NCBI GenBank assembly: GCA_965366365.1
Contig: CBDUEV010000006.1
Location: 1,429 to 65,428, forward strand
DNA: 64,000 nucleotides
From: an uncultured Acidimicrobiia bacterium
GTDB taxonomy: Bacteria; Actinomycetota; Acidimicrobiia; Spongiisociales; JAENVV01
Direction: 5' to 3'
A program made the position numbers and the translations under genes. This document shows positions 11,642 through 21,294 of this stretch, in pieces. How positions within the stretch are numbered: position 1 is the stretch's first letter; each line of letters begins with the position of its first letter. Below the pieces are notes generated by a model. It was given only the letters and a program-made list of their open reading frames with translations. It made no database searches and had not been told where the DNA came from.

Positions 11642-11648
11642 GCGCCGA

Positions 11649-12242
11649 TCATTCCTCGGCCGCCTGGTCCCCCAGCAGCGAGGTGGAGCCCGTCACCATT
11701 CCCACCCGGCGCGCTGAGTCGAACTCGGTCAGCACCTCGGCGGGCGTCCTGTCCCAGCCCGAGACGTCGATGGCGAGAGTGAAGTCATCGGTCCATCGAG
11801 CGGCCCACGGGTGTTCGGGCAGCAGGCCACGATCAAAGATGGTCAACACAAGGGCCGACCGCTCCGTACCGTGCTCGGCCAGGGTCCCGAGTCGCAAATC
11901 GTCGATGTCCTGCCAGGGCACTCGAACCGACCCGCGAAACGGACCGCCGAGGCCGATTTCGAGTCCTGACTCGTCGATCGTGAGGATTCGGCGCGGAAAG
12001 AGGAGCTCTCGAAGACCCCACACGAGAGCCGTCGACCCGACGAGCCCGAAGAACGAAGCCCACACGAGGTCGCGTGGCTCGAAAGGATCCAGCTCCGCCG
12101 GGTAGATGAGCTCTCCGAAGGCGGTGAAGAGGTTTGCGCCGGTCAGGAAGTCGTACATGGCCGCCATCAGAGGAACCCCGACGAGGGCGACGAGGAAGGG
12201 TTGGATTGCTCGTCGACGGACGGAGAATCGTTTGTCTTTCAT
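11649..12242 (-). CDS. hypothetical membrane protein
   Basis: Two N-terminal TM helices; no recognisable motif; its stop overlaps the pyrE ORF. Confidence 0.45.
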   Translation of the reverse strand: MKDKRFSVRRRAIQPFLVALVGVPLMAAMYDFLTGANLFTAFGELIYPAELDPFEPRDLVWASFFGLVGSTALVWGLRELLFPRRILTIDESGLEIGLGGPFRGSVRVPWQDIDDLRLGTLAEHGTERSALVLTIFDRGLLPEHPWAARWTDDFTLAIDVSGWDRTPAEVLTEFDSARRVGMVTGSTSLLGDQAAEE

Positions 12243-12751
12243 TCCAGGCCCATTTCCGCCGGTGTCAAGACGGCACGGAACGGAATGCCGCGCCTTCCCA
12301 TCTCGGCTCCCACCACTCCGTCACTCCGATCGACCAGACATATCACCTCTTGGACAGCCAACCCCTCCGCCTCGGCGGCCTCGAGGGCCTCGATGATGGC
12401 TCCCCCGGTCGTCGTGGTGTCCTCCACGATCGAGACCACCTCGCCGGCCCGGACGGGACCGGCCAGTCGACCGCCAGTACCGTGCGCCTTGGCTGTCTTG
12501 CGGATCGAAAAGGCACGGAGGGGCCGGCCCGCCTCACTGGCGGCGATGGCAGCCGCCAGGGCGACGGGATCGGCGCCCATCGTCAAGCCGCCCACCGCCA
12601 CCGAGTCGGGATGCACCAGGGGGGCGAACGCCGCGCCGACCAGACGCGCTCCCTCGCCGTCGAGCGTGGTCTGGCGGGCATCCATGTACCAGCTCGATAC
12701 GGCGCCGGACCGGAGCGTGAAGGGCCCGTCGGTACGGACGGCGTGGGCCAT
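12239..12751 (-). CDS. pyrE: orotate phosphoribosyltransferase
   Basis: PRTase motif VVSIVEDTTTTGGAI and N-terminal FTLRSGAVSSWYMD. Start placed at Met25 of the track ORF (MAHAV). The 5' extension to 12823 is unusually AT-rich and looks like promoter. Confidence 0.75.
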   Translation of the reverse strand: MAHAVRTDGPFTLRSGAVSSWYMDARQTTLDGEGARLVGAAFAPLVHPDSVAVGGLTMGADPVALAAAIAASEAGRPLRAFSIRKTAKAHGTGGRLAGPVRAGEVVSIVEDTTTTGGAIIEALEAAEAEGLAVQEVICLVDRSDGVVGAEMGRRGIPFRAVLTPAEMGLE

Positions 12752-12840
12752 GAGGTGCTCCTTGAGCGCCCCCACGGCTTCGAAAGATTTCTCGGAAAAA
12801 GTACTCAAGTGTTCAGACCCCACGACCGATACAGAGCATG

Positions 12841-12899
12841 TAACACGATTTAGCCTCCCGTGTTAGCCCGACCATAGCGACCGCCCCGCCCAGGGCGGT
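12841..12899. promoter_or_regulatory. inverted repeats in the pyrE / histidine-phosphatase divergent region (TAACACG-N11-CGTGTTA and ACCGCCC-N6-GGGCGGT)
   Basis: Two separate stem-capable elements in a 196-bp, partly AT-rich non-coding gap. Confidence 0.35.
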
Positions 12900-12947
12900 T
12901 GCTTGTTTAACGGCTGCCACCCGACCGCCCCCACTAGCGTGAGCGCC

Positions 12948-13649
12948 ATGGAGATCGTCCTCATTCGCCACGCCCAACCCGCCTGGTCCCACGAAGGCTT
13001 GGCGGTGACGAACCCGGGCTTGACGCCCCTCGGGCTGCGGCAGGCGAACCGCCTCATCGGGCCCGCCCAAGAGTGGAGGCAGGACGGAAGCGGCGGCGAC
13101 TCGCTCATCATGGCGTCCACGATGGCACGATCCCGTCAGACTGCCATTCCGGTGGGCGCCGGCGCCAACCTCCGGGTTGTCCACCATCCCTGGCTGGAGG
13201 AGATCCGACCTCCTGACCACTGGCACGGCCAACCCACCGAATACATCGACGACCTGTTTTCAGGGGCGCTGACGCGCCCTCCAGAGCAGTGGTGGGATGG
13301 ATTCGACGGCGGCGAGAGCTTTCGAGATTTCCATCAGAGGGTCACCGGCGGTTTCCTCGCTGCTGCCGCCCACGTGGGACTCACGAGATCCGACCTCCAC
13401 GAACAGCTTTGGGAGCTTCCCGAGTCGGGTCCCGATCGATTGGTGTTGGTCGCCCACGGCGGTACCAACGCAGTACTCCTCGGTCTCCTCCTCGGTCTCG
13501 AAACCGTCCCCTGGGAGTGGGAGAGGTTCTTCTTCACCCACGCATCCATCACCCGAATCGCCGCGACACCCATCGGCAGCGCCCATACCTTCAGTCTTCG
13601 CCGCTTCTCCGACACCGCCCACCTCGGTGTCGACGAGGTCACAGCCTGA
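12948..13649 (+). CDS. histidine phosphatase family protein (phosphoglycerate mutase-like)
   Basis: RHG motif IVLIRHAQPAW near the N-terminus and a catalytic His in LVAHGGT; start taken at Met16 of the track ORF. Confidence 0.75.
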   Translation: MEIVLIRHAQPAWSHEGLAVTNPGLTPLGLRQANRLIGPAQEWRQDGSGGDSLIMASTMARSRQTAIPVGAGANLRVVHHPWLEEIRPPDHWHGQPTEYIDDLFSGALTRPPEQWWDGFDGGESFRDFHQRVTGGFLAAAAHVGLTRSDLHEQLWELPESGPDRLVLVAHGGTNAVLLGLLLGLETVPWEWERFFFTHASITRIAATPIGSAHTFSLRRFSDTAHLGVDEVTA

Positions 13650-13696
13650 CTGTCTCCTCTCGCTTCGCTTGATCGAGGCGAATACCATGCCGGGCG

Positions 13697-14425
13697 ATGT
13701 CGGCCATCCCCCACCGCCGGATAGAACACGTTGTCGCCGTGTTCGCCGTCGTGGTCGCCATCGGCCTCTACCTCGTTCTGCGGGACCCGATCGGAGAACC
13801 GGCCGTCTCCGTCTCGATCATCCCCATCGCCGTCATCGCGGCCACCTACGGCACGAAAGCCGGCCTGCTCGCTTCAGCCATCGCCTTCCCCTTCAATACT
13901 TTCATCCTCGAGGCCATCGTTGGTGAGGCGGCAACGGCAAGCGGCACGGTCACCTCTTCTCTGATCTCGGTTTCGCTGTTCGGTGTCGCCTGGTTGTTCG
14001 GCCGCTTTCACCTCCTACGCCAACGTCTCGCCGAGCAGACTCATCTGCGTGCCAAGGCTGAGACCGCTCTCCGCCTCAGCGAGGCACGGTTGCACGGCTT
14101 CCTGAACGCCACGCCGGACATCATCTTCCGTCTGGGCCCGGGCGGTCGACTTCTCGAGCTGTATGGGGCCCAGCATCTCATGGACGAACCACCGCCCAAA
14201 GAGGAGCTCTTGTTCCGGACCCTCGACGAGATGCTCCCTGCCGAGGCAGCCCAAAGAATCGTCGACGAGGCCGCCCTGGTCCGCGAAGGGGCGAAACGGA
14301 GCCTCTCGATTTCCTTGCCCGGAGTCGAGCGAACTGACCACCTCGAACTGAGCCTCGCTCCCTTCGGCGAGCGGGATGTCGTCGTGATCGCCCGCAGAAC
14401 CGGCCAGGCGTCGGAGACGCGCTAG
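13697..14425 (+). CDS. membrane protein with C-terminal PAS-like domain
   Basis: About 4 TM helices, a helical linker, then FLNATPDIIFRLGPGGRLLELYG (PAS-like); no output domain. Confidence 0.5.
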   Translation: MSAIPHRRIEHVVAVFAVVVAIGLYLVLRDPIGEPAVSVSIIPIAVIAATYGTKAGLLASAIAFPFNTFILEAIVGEAATASGTVTSSLISVSLFGVAWLFGRFHLLRQRLAEQTHLRAKAETALRLSEARLHGFLNATPDIIFRLGPGGRLLELYGAQHLMDEPPPKEELLFRTLDEMLPAEAAQRIVDEAALVREGAKRSLSISLPGVERTDHLELSLAPFGERDVVVIARRTGQASETR

Positions 14426-14465
14426 ACGGCGGTCCCTTGCGGCAAGGTCGGTTACTCTGCCGCCG

Positions 14466-15122
14466 ATGCCCGAGTTCACCTGCCAGAAGTGTCAGACCTC
14501 CTTTTCGCTGCCAGAAGCCGTCCTCGACCGCTACCCGGGCTGGACCCCTCAGCACTGTCGCTCCTGTCGAGACGGCGGGGGCTCCGGGTCAAAACCGGCC
14601 ACGGGCAAGAAGACCAAGAGAACCCGAACCGCCACGGCAGCCGAAAACCTGACCGTCACCGAGGTCCTGGCTCGCTACACCGACGGCCCCGATACCGGCG
14701 TCTTCACGGATGGCAGCTCTGTTCCCAACCCGGGGCCGGGTGGCTGGGGAGCGGTGTACACCGTCGACGGGGAGATCGTCGCTCAGGACTATGGGCACGA
14801 TCCGGATACCACGAACAACCGGATGGAGCTCTTTGCTCTCATCAAAGGCGTGGAACTGGTCCCTCCCGGCACGCCCGCAACGATCTACACCGACAGCAAT
14901 CTCGCCGTCCAGACCATCAATCAATGGGCGAAGGGTTGGGAACGCAACGGCTGGAAGAGGAAGACCGGTCCGATCAAGAACCTGGAACTCGTGAAGGAGC
15001 TCTACGGCAAGGTGAAGGCGCGGCCCGAACTCTCCCTCGAATGGGTGCAGGCACACGCCGGCAACCGGTGGAACGAGTATGCCGACGCGCTGAGCACCGC
15101 GTGGCAGCGCGAAGAACTCTGA
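14466..15122 (+). CDS. rnhA: ribonuclease HI with N-terminal C4 zinc-ribbon extension
   Basis: RNase H catalytic residues in GVFTDGSS, NNRMELFAL, IYTDSN and YADAL; N-terminal CQKC..CRSC followed by a basic linker. Confidence 0.85.
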   Translation: MPEFTCQKCQTSFSLPEAVLDRYPGWTPQHCRSCRDGGGSGSKPATGKKTKRTRTATAAENLTVTEVLARYTDGPDTGVFTDGSSVPNPGPGGWGAVYTVDGEIVAQDYGHDPDTTNNRMELFALIKGVELVPPGTPATIYTDSNLAVQTINQWAKGWERNGWKRKTGPIKNLELVKELYGKVKARPELSLEWVQAHAGNRWNEYADALSTAWQREEL

Positions 15123-15152
15123 CCTCCATCGACGGCGGGCCGTCCGGCGGGT

Positions 15153-15935
15153 CTACTTCCCGAACCGCCGCTCTCGCCGGGCAAAGTCCCGCAGTGATCG
15201 GAGGAAATCCACCCGGCGGAAGGCTGGCCAGTACACGTCCACGAACGAGAACTCCGCGTAGGCCGATTGCCAGAGAAGGAAGCCGGACAGGCGCGATTCG
15301 CCCGACGTGCGAATGATGAGGTCGGCGTCGGGGAGGTCCGCCAGGTACATGTGGGAGGCCAGCGAGTCGAGGTCGATTCGGTTGGCGAGTTCCTGACCTG
15401 TCAACCCGGCGGCCGAGAGGCCGCTGACGAGTTCCTTGACCGCGTCGGCGATCTCTTCTCGACCTCCATACCCCATGGCGATATTGAGACGACGGCTCCC
15501 TACCGGCCGGGCCGTCACCATCTGCTTGGCAGCCGAGACCAGCTTCGCCGGCAGGAGGTCCAGGCTCCCGATCACCCGAATAGCCATGTCGTGGCGTTCC
15601 GCCAGGGCGGGTAGCCGGCCGAACAACTCGATCAGCACGTCGAAATAGGGCTCGAGTTCTTCAGCCGGCCGGGTGAGGTTCTGGGTAGACAGCACCCACC
15701 CGGTGATGGTGCTGATCTCGAGATCTTCCGCCCAACCGAGGAACTCCTCGAACTTCCTCATCCCCGCTCGGTAGGAAGCCTTGTAGTCCGGCAGACCGGC
15801 CGCGCGGGCGTAGCGACGGTGTCCATCCAGGATGATGCCGATGTGAGCCGGGAGGGGGCCATCGGCCAGTTCGCTCTCCAGGCGCTGTTCGTAGAGCCGG
15901 TAGAGCGGTGCTGTCATTTTGGATCGTACTGACAT
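15153..15935 (-). CDS. uppS: isoprenyl transferase (undecaprenyl/decaprenyl diphosphate synthase, cis-prenyltransferase)
   Basis: HIGIILDGHRRYA, MGYGGREEIADAV, DLIIRTSGESRLSGFLLWQSAYAEF. Confidence 0.9.
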   Translation of the reverse strand: MSVRSKMTAPLYRLYEQRLESELADGPLPAHIGIILDGHRRYARAAGLPDYKASYRAGMRKFEEFLGWAEDLEISTITGWVLSTQNLTRPAEELEPYFDVLIELFGRLPALAERHDMAIRVIGSLDLLPAKLVSAAKQMVTARPVGSRRLNIAMGYGGREEIADAVKELVSGLSAAGLTGQELANRIDLDSLASHMYLADLPDADLIIRTSGESRLSGFLLWQSAYAEFSFVDVYWPAFRRVDFLRSLRDFARRERRFGK

Positions 15936-16054
15936 GCAAACCCTCCATCCCCATCGTACCCAACGTCGATCTGTCGGTCATCGTTCCTGTTCGTGCGAAG
16001 ACGATCCGCCCTGGCGTATACTCCCCCCTGTATTCAATCGCATTCCGAGGACCC

Positions 16055-16387
16055 ATGTTCAAGAATGTCTCTCCCACCAAGGCCCATGAGGCTGTCGTCG
16101 CCGACGCCGGAATACTCATCGACGTGCGGCGCAAGGATGAATGGCGGGCCGGTCGGTCGCCGCTCGCCACCCATATCTCTCTGGACTCACTCCCCAATCG
16201 CACTGCCCGCCTGGAGGGTCAGACCGTCTATGTCCTCTGCCGAAGCGGGAATCGAAGTGGCCGAGCGGCGCGCTATCTGCGCAGCCAGGGAATCGCGGCG
16301 TACAACGTGTCGGGCGGCATGAACCGGTGGAGACGCCAGGGGCTGGCCTTGGTCGATCACAAGGGTCGACCCGGAACGGTCATCTGA
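16055..16387 (+). CDS. rhodanese-like sulfurtransferase domain protein
   Basis: Single rhodanese domain with active-site loop CRSGNRS; start at the internal ATG of the track ORF. Confidence 0.8.
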   Translation: MFKNVSPTKAHEAVVADAGILIDVRRKDEWRAGRSPLATHISLDSLPNRTARLEGQTVYVLCRSGNRSGRAARYLRSQGIAAYNVSGGMNRWRRQGLALVDHKGRPGTVI

Positions 16388-16395
16388 AGGAGCGC

Positions 16396-18147
16396 TCAGC
16401 GCGCCAGTGCGTCAGGCATCACGACGTGCTTGGCCCGTAGATACTCCCCCAAGGTCTTGGCTTGCGGGTCGAGCCGTGTCGAGGAGGCCACTCCTTCGCC
16501 AAGCAAACCCACGACCACGAAGTTGAGCGCCCACACGTTGGGGAACTCATGGCGGATCACCTCGAGGGTGGCGGTTTCCGGAAGTAGCTCCCGGAACCGC
16601 TCGACGGTGAGGAACTCCGCCAACCAGGTGTACCCCTCGGCATTCTCAGCCCAGACCCCCACGTTGGCGTTGCCTCCCTTATCTCCCGACCTTGCGCCGA
16701 AAGCGTCCCCGAGGGGGCGCATGGAAGCCGGCCCACCGACCGGGGCGGGAAGCGGATGCTCGGGCTCGCCGATTTCGAACGGATCGGCGACGGTCATGGG
16801 TACCGAGACGGCCTCGCCGTCGATCGTGACCCTCTGGTCGAGGCTTTCCGCAGCCACCGTGGTGGGCCAGTACACCGCATACGGAGAGGCTTCGCCCGGC
16901 GGACTCGTCAAGGCGAAACCCGGGTAATTGGCGAGCACCAGTTCGACGGCGGCAGACGAGAACGCCCGCCCGACCTTGGCGCGGTCGGGGTCCTTTACGG
17001 TGATGCGCAACTCGGTGATCGCTTCGACGTTGGACGCAGGGTCGGGGTGCTCTTTGCCGAGAAGCTGAACATCCGTCTCGGCGTATTGCTCTCTGCCGCC
17101 GGTCGCCAACCACAGGGCCTTCTCGGCGGCGGCGGCCTTGGACTCGGTGGCCAGGCCGGGCACCAACAGACCCATCGAGTTGCGGAAACCACCCAGGTAG
17201 TTGAGCGCCACCTTGGTGGTCGAAGGGGGTGCCTCGCCGCGCACCCCGGACACGAGCACCCGATCGTCACCCTCGTCGGTCAGGGAAATGGTGTCGAAAC
17301 GAGCGGTGACGTCGGGGTTGAGGTAGTGACGGTCCCCGATCTCATAGAGCAGTTGGGCGGTCACCGTTCCCGTCGAGACCAGTCCTCCGGTGCCGCGATG
17401 TTTGGTGATGACGCTCGATCCATCGGATCGGATCTCGGCGATCGGGAAGCCAAGACGTTCGAGTCCCGGCACCTCCTCGAAGAAGGCGTAGTTTCCCCCA
17501 CAGCACTGGGTTCCACACTCGATGATGTGACCGGCCACCAGCGCCCCGGCGAGGGCGTCCCAATCCCGGCGGCCCCACCCGTGGTGCCAGATGGCCGGAC
17601 CCATCACGACGGCCGCGTCGGTGACACGACCCGTCACGACGATGTCGGCGCCGCGGGTCAATCCCTCGACGATTCCCCATGATCCGAGATAGGCGTTGGC
17701 GGTGACCGGCTGGACCGACCGATCAGCGAGCGTTTCCCCGGTGTCGAGATGGGTGAGGGGGTTGCCCTGGCGTTGATACTCGTCGAGCCGGTCGAGGATG
17801 TCGTCGCCGTCGACGACGGCGATCGCCGGCTCGAGACCGAGGCGCTGTGCGATGGCGGCCAGCTGCGTGGCCAGCCCGTGCGGGTTGAGGCCCCCGGCGT
17901 TGGTCACGACCTTGATCCCCCGCTCCAGGCACGTGCCCATCACGTCTTCCATCTGGCGGAGAAACGTGGTGGCGTACCCACTCCCGGGTTCCTTGGTCCG
18001 GTTCCTCCACAGGATTGCCATGGTCAGCTCAGCGAGATAGTCCCCGGTGAGCACATCGATCGGTCCGTCTTCGATCATCTCCCGGGCAGCCGTCACCCGA
18101 TCGCCGTAGAACCCGGAGCAGTTGGCGATCCGGATCACATCTCCCAT
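16396..18147 (-). CDS. acyclic terpene utilisation AtuA-like protein (DUF1446 fused to DUF4387-like C-terminus)
   Basis: MGDVIRIANCSGFYGDRVTAAREMIEDGPIDVLTGDYLAELTMAIL is the typical AtuA N-terminus. The 188-codon upstream extension in the track is read-through antisense to nothing conserved. Confidence 0.7.
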   Translation of the reverse strand: MGDVIRIANCSGFYGDRVTAAREMIEDGPIDVLTGDYLAELTMAILWRNRTKEPGSGYATTFLRQMEDVMGTCLERGIKVVTNAGGLNPHGLATQLAAIAQRLGLEPAIAVVDGDDILDRLDEYQRQGNPLTHLDTGETLADRSVQPVTANAYLGSWGIVEGLTRGADIVVTGRVTDAAVVMGPAIWHHGWGRRDWDALAGALVAGHIIECGTQCCGGNYAFFEEVPGLERLGFPIAEIRSDGSSVITKHRGTGGLVSTGTVTAQLLYEIGDRHYLNPDVTARFDTISLTDEGDDRVLVSGVRGEAPPSTTKVALNYLGGFRNSMGLLVPGLATESKAAAAEKALWLATGGREQYAETDVQLLGKEHPDPASNVEAITELRITVKDPDRAKVGRAFSSAAVELVLANYPGFALTSPPGEASPYAVYWPTTVAAESLDQRVTIDGEAVSVPMTVADPFEIGEPEHPLPAPVGGPASMRPLGDAFGARSGDKGGNANVGVWAENAEGYTWLAEFLTVERFRELLPETATLEVIRHEFPNVWALNFVVVGLLGEGVASSTRLDPQAKTLGEYLRAKHVVMPDALAR

Positions 18148-18207
18148 GGAGGCTCCCTTTGTCGGCCTGGCGACCAGGCTAGGGGTTGGATCGACCAGAA
18201 TGGGCGG

Positions 18208-18849
18208 ATGTCCAACGCAGAGTTTCTCGCCTCGCACACTTCGGAGATCACCCTCGACGACGGCAAGCGGGTGGTGGTTCGGCCGATCGGGCCCGACGAC
18301 CGGCAGCGACTCCGCGAAGGTTTGGCCAAGGCAAGCGCCCACAGCCGCTATTTGCGGTTTCTGCGTCCCGTCGAGGAACTCTCCGAACGGGAGGAGGGCT
18401 ATCTCGTCAACATCGACTATCGAGATCACTTCGCATGGGCGGCGCTCGCCGCCGACGAGCCCGGCCAGCCCGGGCTCGGGGTGGCCCGCTACGTCCGCCA
18501 GGAGGACGATCCCGACGCCGCCGAGGCCGCCCTCATCGTCATCGACGAGGCCCAAGGCATGGGAATCGGAACGCTGCTCATCCGACTGCTGGCCGAGAGT
18601 GCTCAGGCGAACGGGATCAAGCGCTTCACCGGGTACGTATCGGCGGAAAACCGCCCGGTGGTCGAGGCGCTGACCAACACCGGCGCCATTCTGGAGAGAG
18701 AAGACAGCCACTTCAAGCTGACCGTGGACCTCCCCTTTCCCGACGAGCTCTTCCGGGGAAGCATTCTTCGTGAGACGTTGAGGGCCATTGCGGCGGGCCA
18801 GGGCGCCCAGCCCGCAGCCAGCGGGTCCGCGACCGACTCGCCCGAGTGA
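18208..18849 (+). CDS. GNAT family N-acetyltransferase
   Basis: Acetyl-CoA motif A IDEAQGMGIGTLL; start at the internal ATG (MSNAEFLASH), divergent from the AtuA-like gene. Confidence 0.7.
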   Translation: MSNAEFLASHTSEITLDDGKRVVVRPIGPDDRQRLREGLAKASAHSRYLRFLRPVEELSEREEGYLVNIDYRDHFAWAALAADEPGQPGLGVARYVRQEDDPDAAEAALIVIDEAQGMGIGTLLIRLLAESAQANGIKRFTGYVSAENRPVVEALTNTGAILEREDSHFKLTVDLPFPDELFRGSILRETLRAIAAGQGAQPAASGSATDSPE

Positions 18850-18855
18850 TCGCTC

Positions 18856-20274
18856 TCAGGCGGTGGCTGCCTCTACGTCGTCGATGCTGGTCGGGAGTTC
18901 GGCGGTGAGGTTTTCGGCCTCCGTATCGCCCATGAGAAGGTCGTCCTCGATCCGGATTCCGATTCCCCGAAATGCTTCCGGGATCGACCACTCGACCTTG
19001 GGTTGCGATGCCTTCTCCTCGGCCTCCAGCTTGCGAGCAGCTTCCCAGCCGAGGGTGTAGCGCCGCTCCATCACGGCGTCGAGGTCGTATTCGACCAGAG
19101 CGAACTCCGCCTTCTCTCGGTGCGGATCGACATAGACGCCCGGCTCAACCGTGAACGACATTCCCGGCTCGAGGAGACGAGCTTCGCCTACCACACGTTG
19201 ACTGCCCGCGTCGTGCACATCCATCCCCAGCCAGTGGCCCGTGCCGTGCATGAAGTACTGGCGGTAGTGGTGCATGGCCAGGGACTCGTCGACACTCCGG
19301 GGAAGCAGGCCCAGCTCGGTCAAGCCCTCGGTGACCACCCGTTTGGCCGTTTCGTGCATCCGGTCGTACGGCGCCCCCACCCTGGCTTCCCCAATGGCCG
19401 CTCGGTGGGCAGCCAAAACGACCTCATAGAGGGCGCGTTGGGGGCCCGTGAAGCGTCCGTTCACCGGAAAGGTCCGGGTGATGTCGGCCGAGAAGTAGCC
19501 GTATTCCGCAGCCGCGTCGATCAGGAGGAGGTCGCCGTCCATCATCTGCCGATCATTCTCCGTGTAGTGCAGAACGCAGGCGTTGGGCCCCGAAGCGACG
19601 ATCGATGGGTAGCCGTTTCGCGGCGATCCTTCATTCCGGAACACGAACTCCATGGCGGCTTGGGATTGGTATTCCCACATCCCCGCCTGGGTAGCCTCCA
19701 TGGCGGCGGCGTGGCCGGCCATCGAGATCTCTGCCGCACGTCGGAGCAGCGCGGCCTCCGCCTCAGACTTGCGAAGGCGCAATTCGGCAAGGAGCGGGGT
19801 CGGGTCGACCACGGTATGCGGAACGACTCGCCCAAAGCGGTCCTCGAGGGCCGAGAGCCCCCTCACCTTTCCCAGCACGTCGTCGTCCAGCCTGCCGCCC
19901 CCTCGGTAGTAGAGCCGCTGACGGCCGACGAGATGATCGGCGAGCTTGCCACCCAACTCGGAAACGGGATAGGCGGCATCGGCCCCGTAGTCGGTGACCG
20001 CTCCTTCGACCCCACTGCGGTGTCCGTTCCAGATCTCCATTTCCGGGTCTCGTGGACGGACGAAGAGCACATACGGCTCGGTGGGGTGGGCGGGATCGAT
20101 GATCGCCACCGCGTCGGGCTCGTCGAAGCCGGTGAGGAAGAAGAAGTCGGAGTCCTGGCGAAACTCGAAGTCGACATCATGGTTCCGGGGGCTTTCGCAC
20201 GCCCCGGGGATGATGGCCACGGCCCCTTCGAGGGCTTCGGCAAATCGGGTTCTCCGAGCGAGGTACTGATCCAT
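18856..20274 (-). CDS. pepP: Xaa-Pro aminopeptidase (M24B)
   Basis: M24 metal ligands in HGTGHWLGMDVHD plus AMP_N and creatinase-fold motifs; start at MDQYLARR (Met103 of the track ORF). Confidence 0.85.
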   Translation of the reverse strand: MDQYLARRTRFAEALEGAVAIIPGACESPRNHDVDFEFRQDSDFFFLTGFDEPDAVAIIDPAHPTEPYVLFVRPRDPEMEIWNGHRSGVEGAVTDYGADAAYPVSELGGKLADHLVGRQRLYYRGGGRLDDDVLGKVRGLSALEDRFGRVVPHTVVDPTPLLAELRLRKSEAEAALLRRAAEISMAGHAAAMEATQAGMWEYQSQAAMEFVFRNEGSPRNGYPSIVASGPNACVLHYTENDRQMMDGDLLLIDAAAEYGYFSADITRTFPVNGRFTGPQRALYEVVLAAHRAAIGEARVGAPYDRMHETAKRVVTEGLTELGLLPRSVDESLAMHHYRQYFMHGTGHWLGMDVHDAGSQRVVGEARLLEPGMSFTVEPGVYVDPHREKAEFALVEYDLDAVMERRYTLGWEAARKLEAEEKASQPKVEWSIPEAFRGIGIRIEDDLLMGDTEAENLTAELPTSIDDVEAATA

Positions 20275-20309
20275 GAGCGCCAGGCTACCGGATACCCGCG
20301 GCGGCCCGT

Positions 20310-21257
20310 TCAACCGTCTCGCAGAGCCACATCCAGAAAGAGCGGATAGTGGTCCGAGCCGAGATCGGGCCCTAGCCAGCGGCGCACGGTGACCCACTCC
20401 TCGGTCACGACGGCATGGTCGATCGGTATGGCGAACGGTTCCAGACCGGCCGGCCAGCTGGCCTGAAAGCCGCGGCTTTCGGCGGTGTCCACGACTCCAC
20501 TGGACGGGAAGGCGTGCGACCAGCGGGTGGCGTTGAAGTCCCCGATGACGATCGCCGGGCCTTCCGCAGCGGTCGCCCACCGTTCGACGTCGCCGAACTG
20601 CCTGTCACGGATATCCGAGTAGTACTTCGACACCGGCGCGTAGGCATGGATTCCGAGAATCTGCACCGGTGTTCCTTCGTGCGTCAGGGTGACTTCCACG
20701 GCCACTCGCTGATCGGGGCCCAGCACCAGCCCTCGGACCTCGTCGGCTTGCCTCGTGAGAACCGCCGTGCCGAATATCGAACCCTCCCGCCGGGGGAAGC
20801 TCAGCTCGAAAGGCACTTCTCCCTCGGCCAGATAGTCTTCCCAGTCGACATTGGCCTCGTGAAGAAAGACGACGTCGGCGTCCGTGTCTCGCAGGAACTC
20901 GAGGACCGGTTCCGGGTCGGTGGCGAACCCTTTCACGTTGAAGGAGAGAAGCCGCAGCGGTGTGCCGTGGGACCCGTCTTCCCCCCCGCCGGGCAGAAAG
21001 AGCGGAACGACGAGGATCGAGTTGACCGCCAACCCCAAGACCACGAACGCAGTGGCCGCTCTCCGCTCGGTGAAAACGAGCACGGCTGAACCCAGGGCCA
21101 AGAACGCCACGTACTGCATCCGAAAATGGGTCAGGAGATCGAGTTGCCACACCCACCGCCCTGCGAACGACGCCAGCGAGACGAGCGCAACGGCTCCGAA
21201 GACGAAGGCTAGGACGCCCGACGTCAGGGCGCCGACGGATCCTGCGGGACGGCTCAT
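20310..21257 (-). CDS. endonuclease/exonuclease/phosphatase (EEP) family membrane protein
   Basis: Three N-terminal TM helices, EEP motifs LLSFNVKG, VVFLHE and C-terminal GSDHYPLF. Confidence 0.7.
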   Translation of the reverse strand: MSRPAGSVGALTSGVLAFVFGAVALVSLASFAGRWVWQLDLLTHFRMQYVAFLALGSAVLVFTERRAATAFVVLGLAVNSILVVPLFLPGGGEDGSHGTPLRLLSFNVKGFATDPEPVLEFLRDTDADVVFLHEANVDWEDYLAEGEVPFELSFPRREGSIFGTAVLTRQADEVRGLVLGPDQRVAVEVTLTHEGTPVQILGIHAYAPVSKYYSDIRDRQFGDVERWATAAEGPAIVIGDFNATRWSHAFPSSGVVDTAESRGFQASWPAGLEPFAIPIDHAVVTEEWVTVRRWLGPDLGSDHYPLFLDVALRDG

Positions 21258-21294
21258 GCGAGCGCAACGCTACCCGTTCTCCGATCGGTAGCGG

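Noticed and set aside
18148-18711. 188-codon N-terminal extension of the AtuA-like ORF
   Set aside because: The conserved AtuA N-terminus begins at the internal Met (18147). The extension runs through the divergent GNAT promoter and the GNAT 5' end and has no conserved features.
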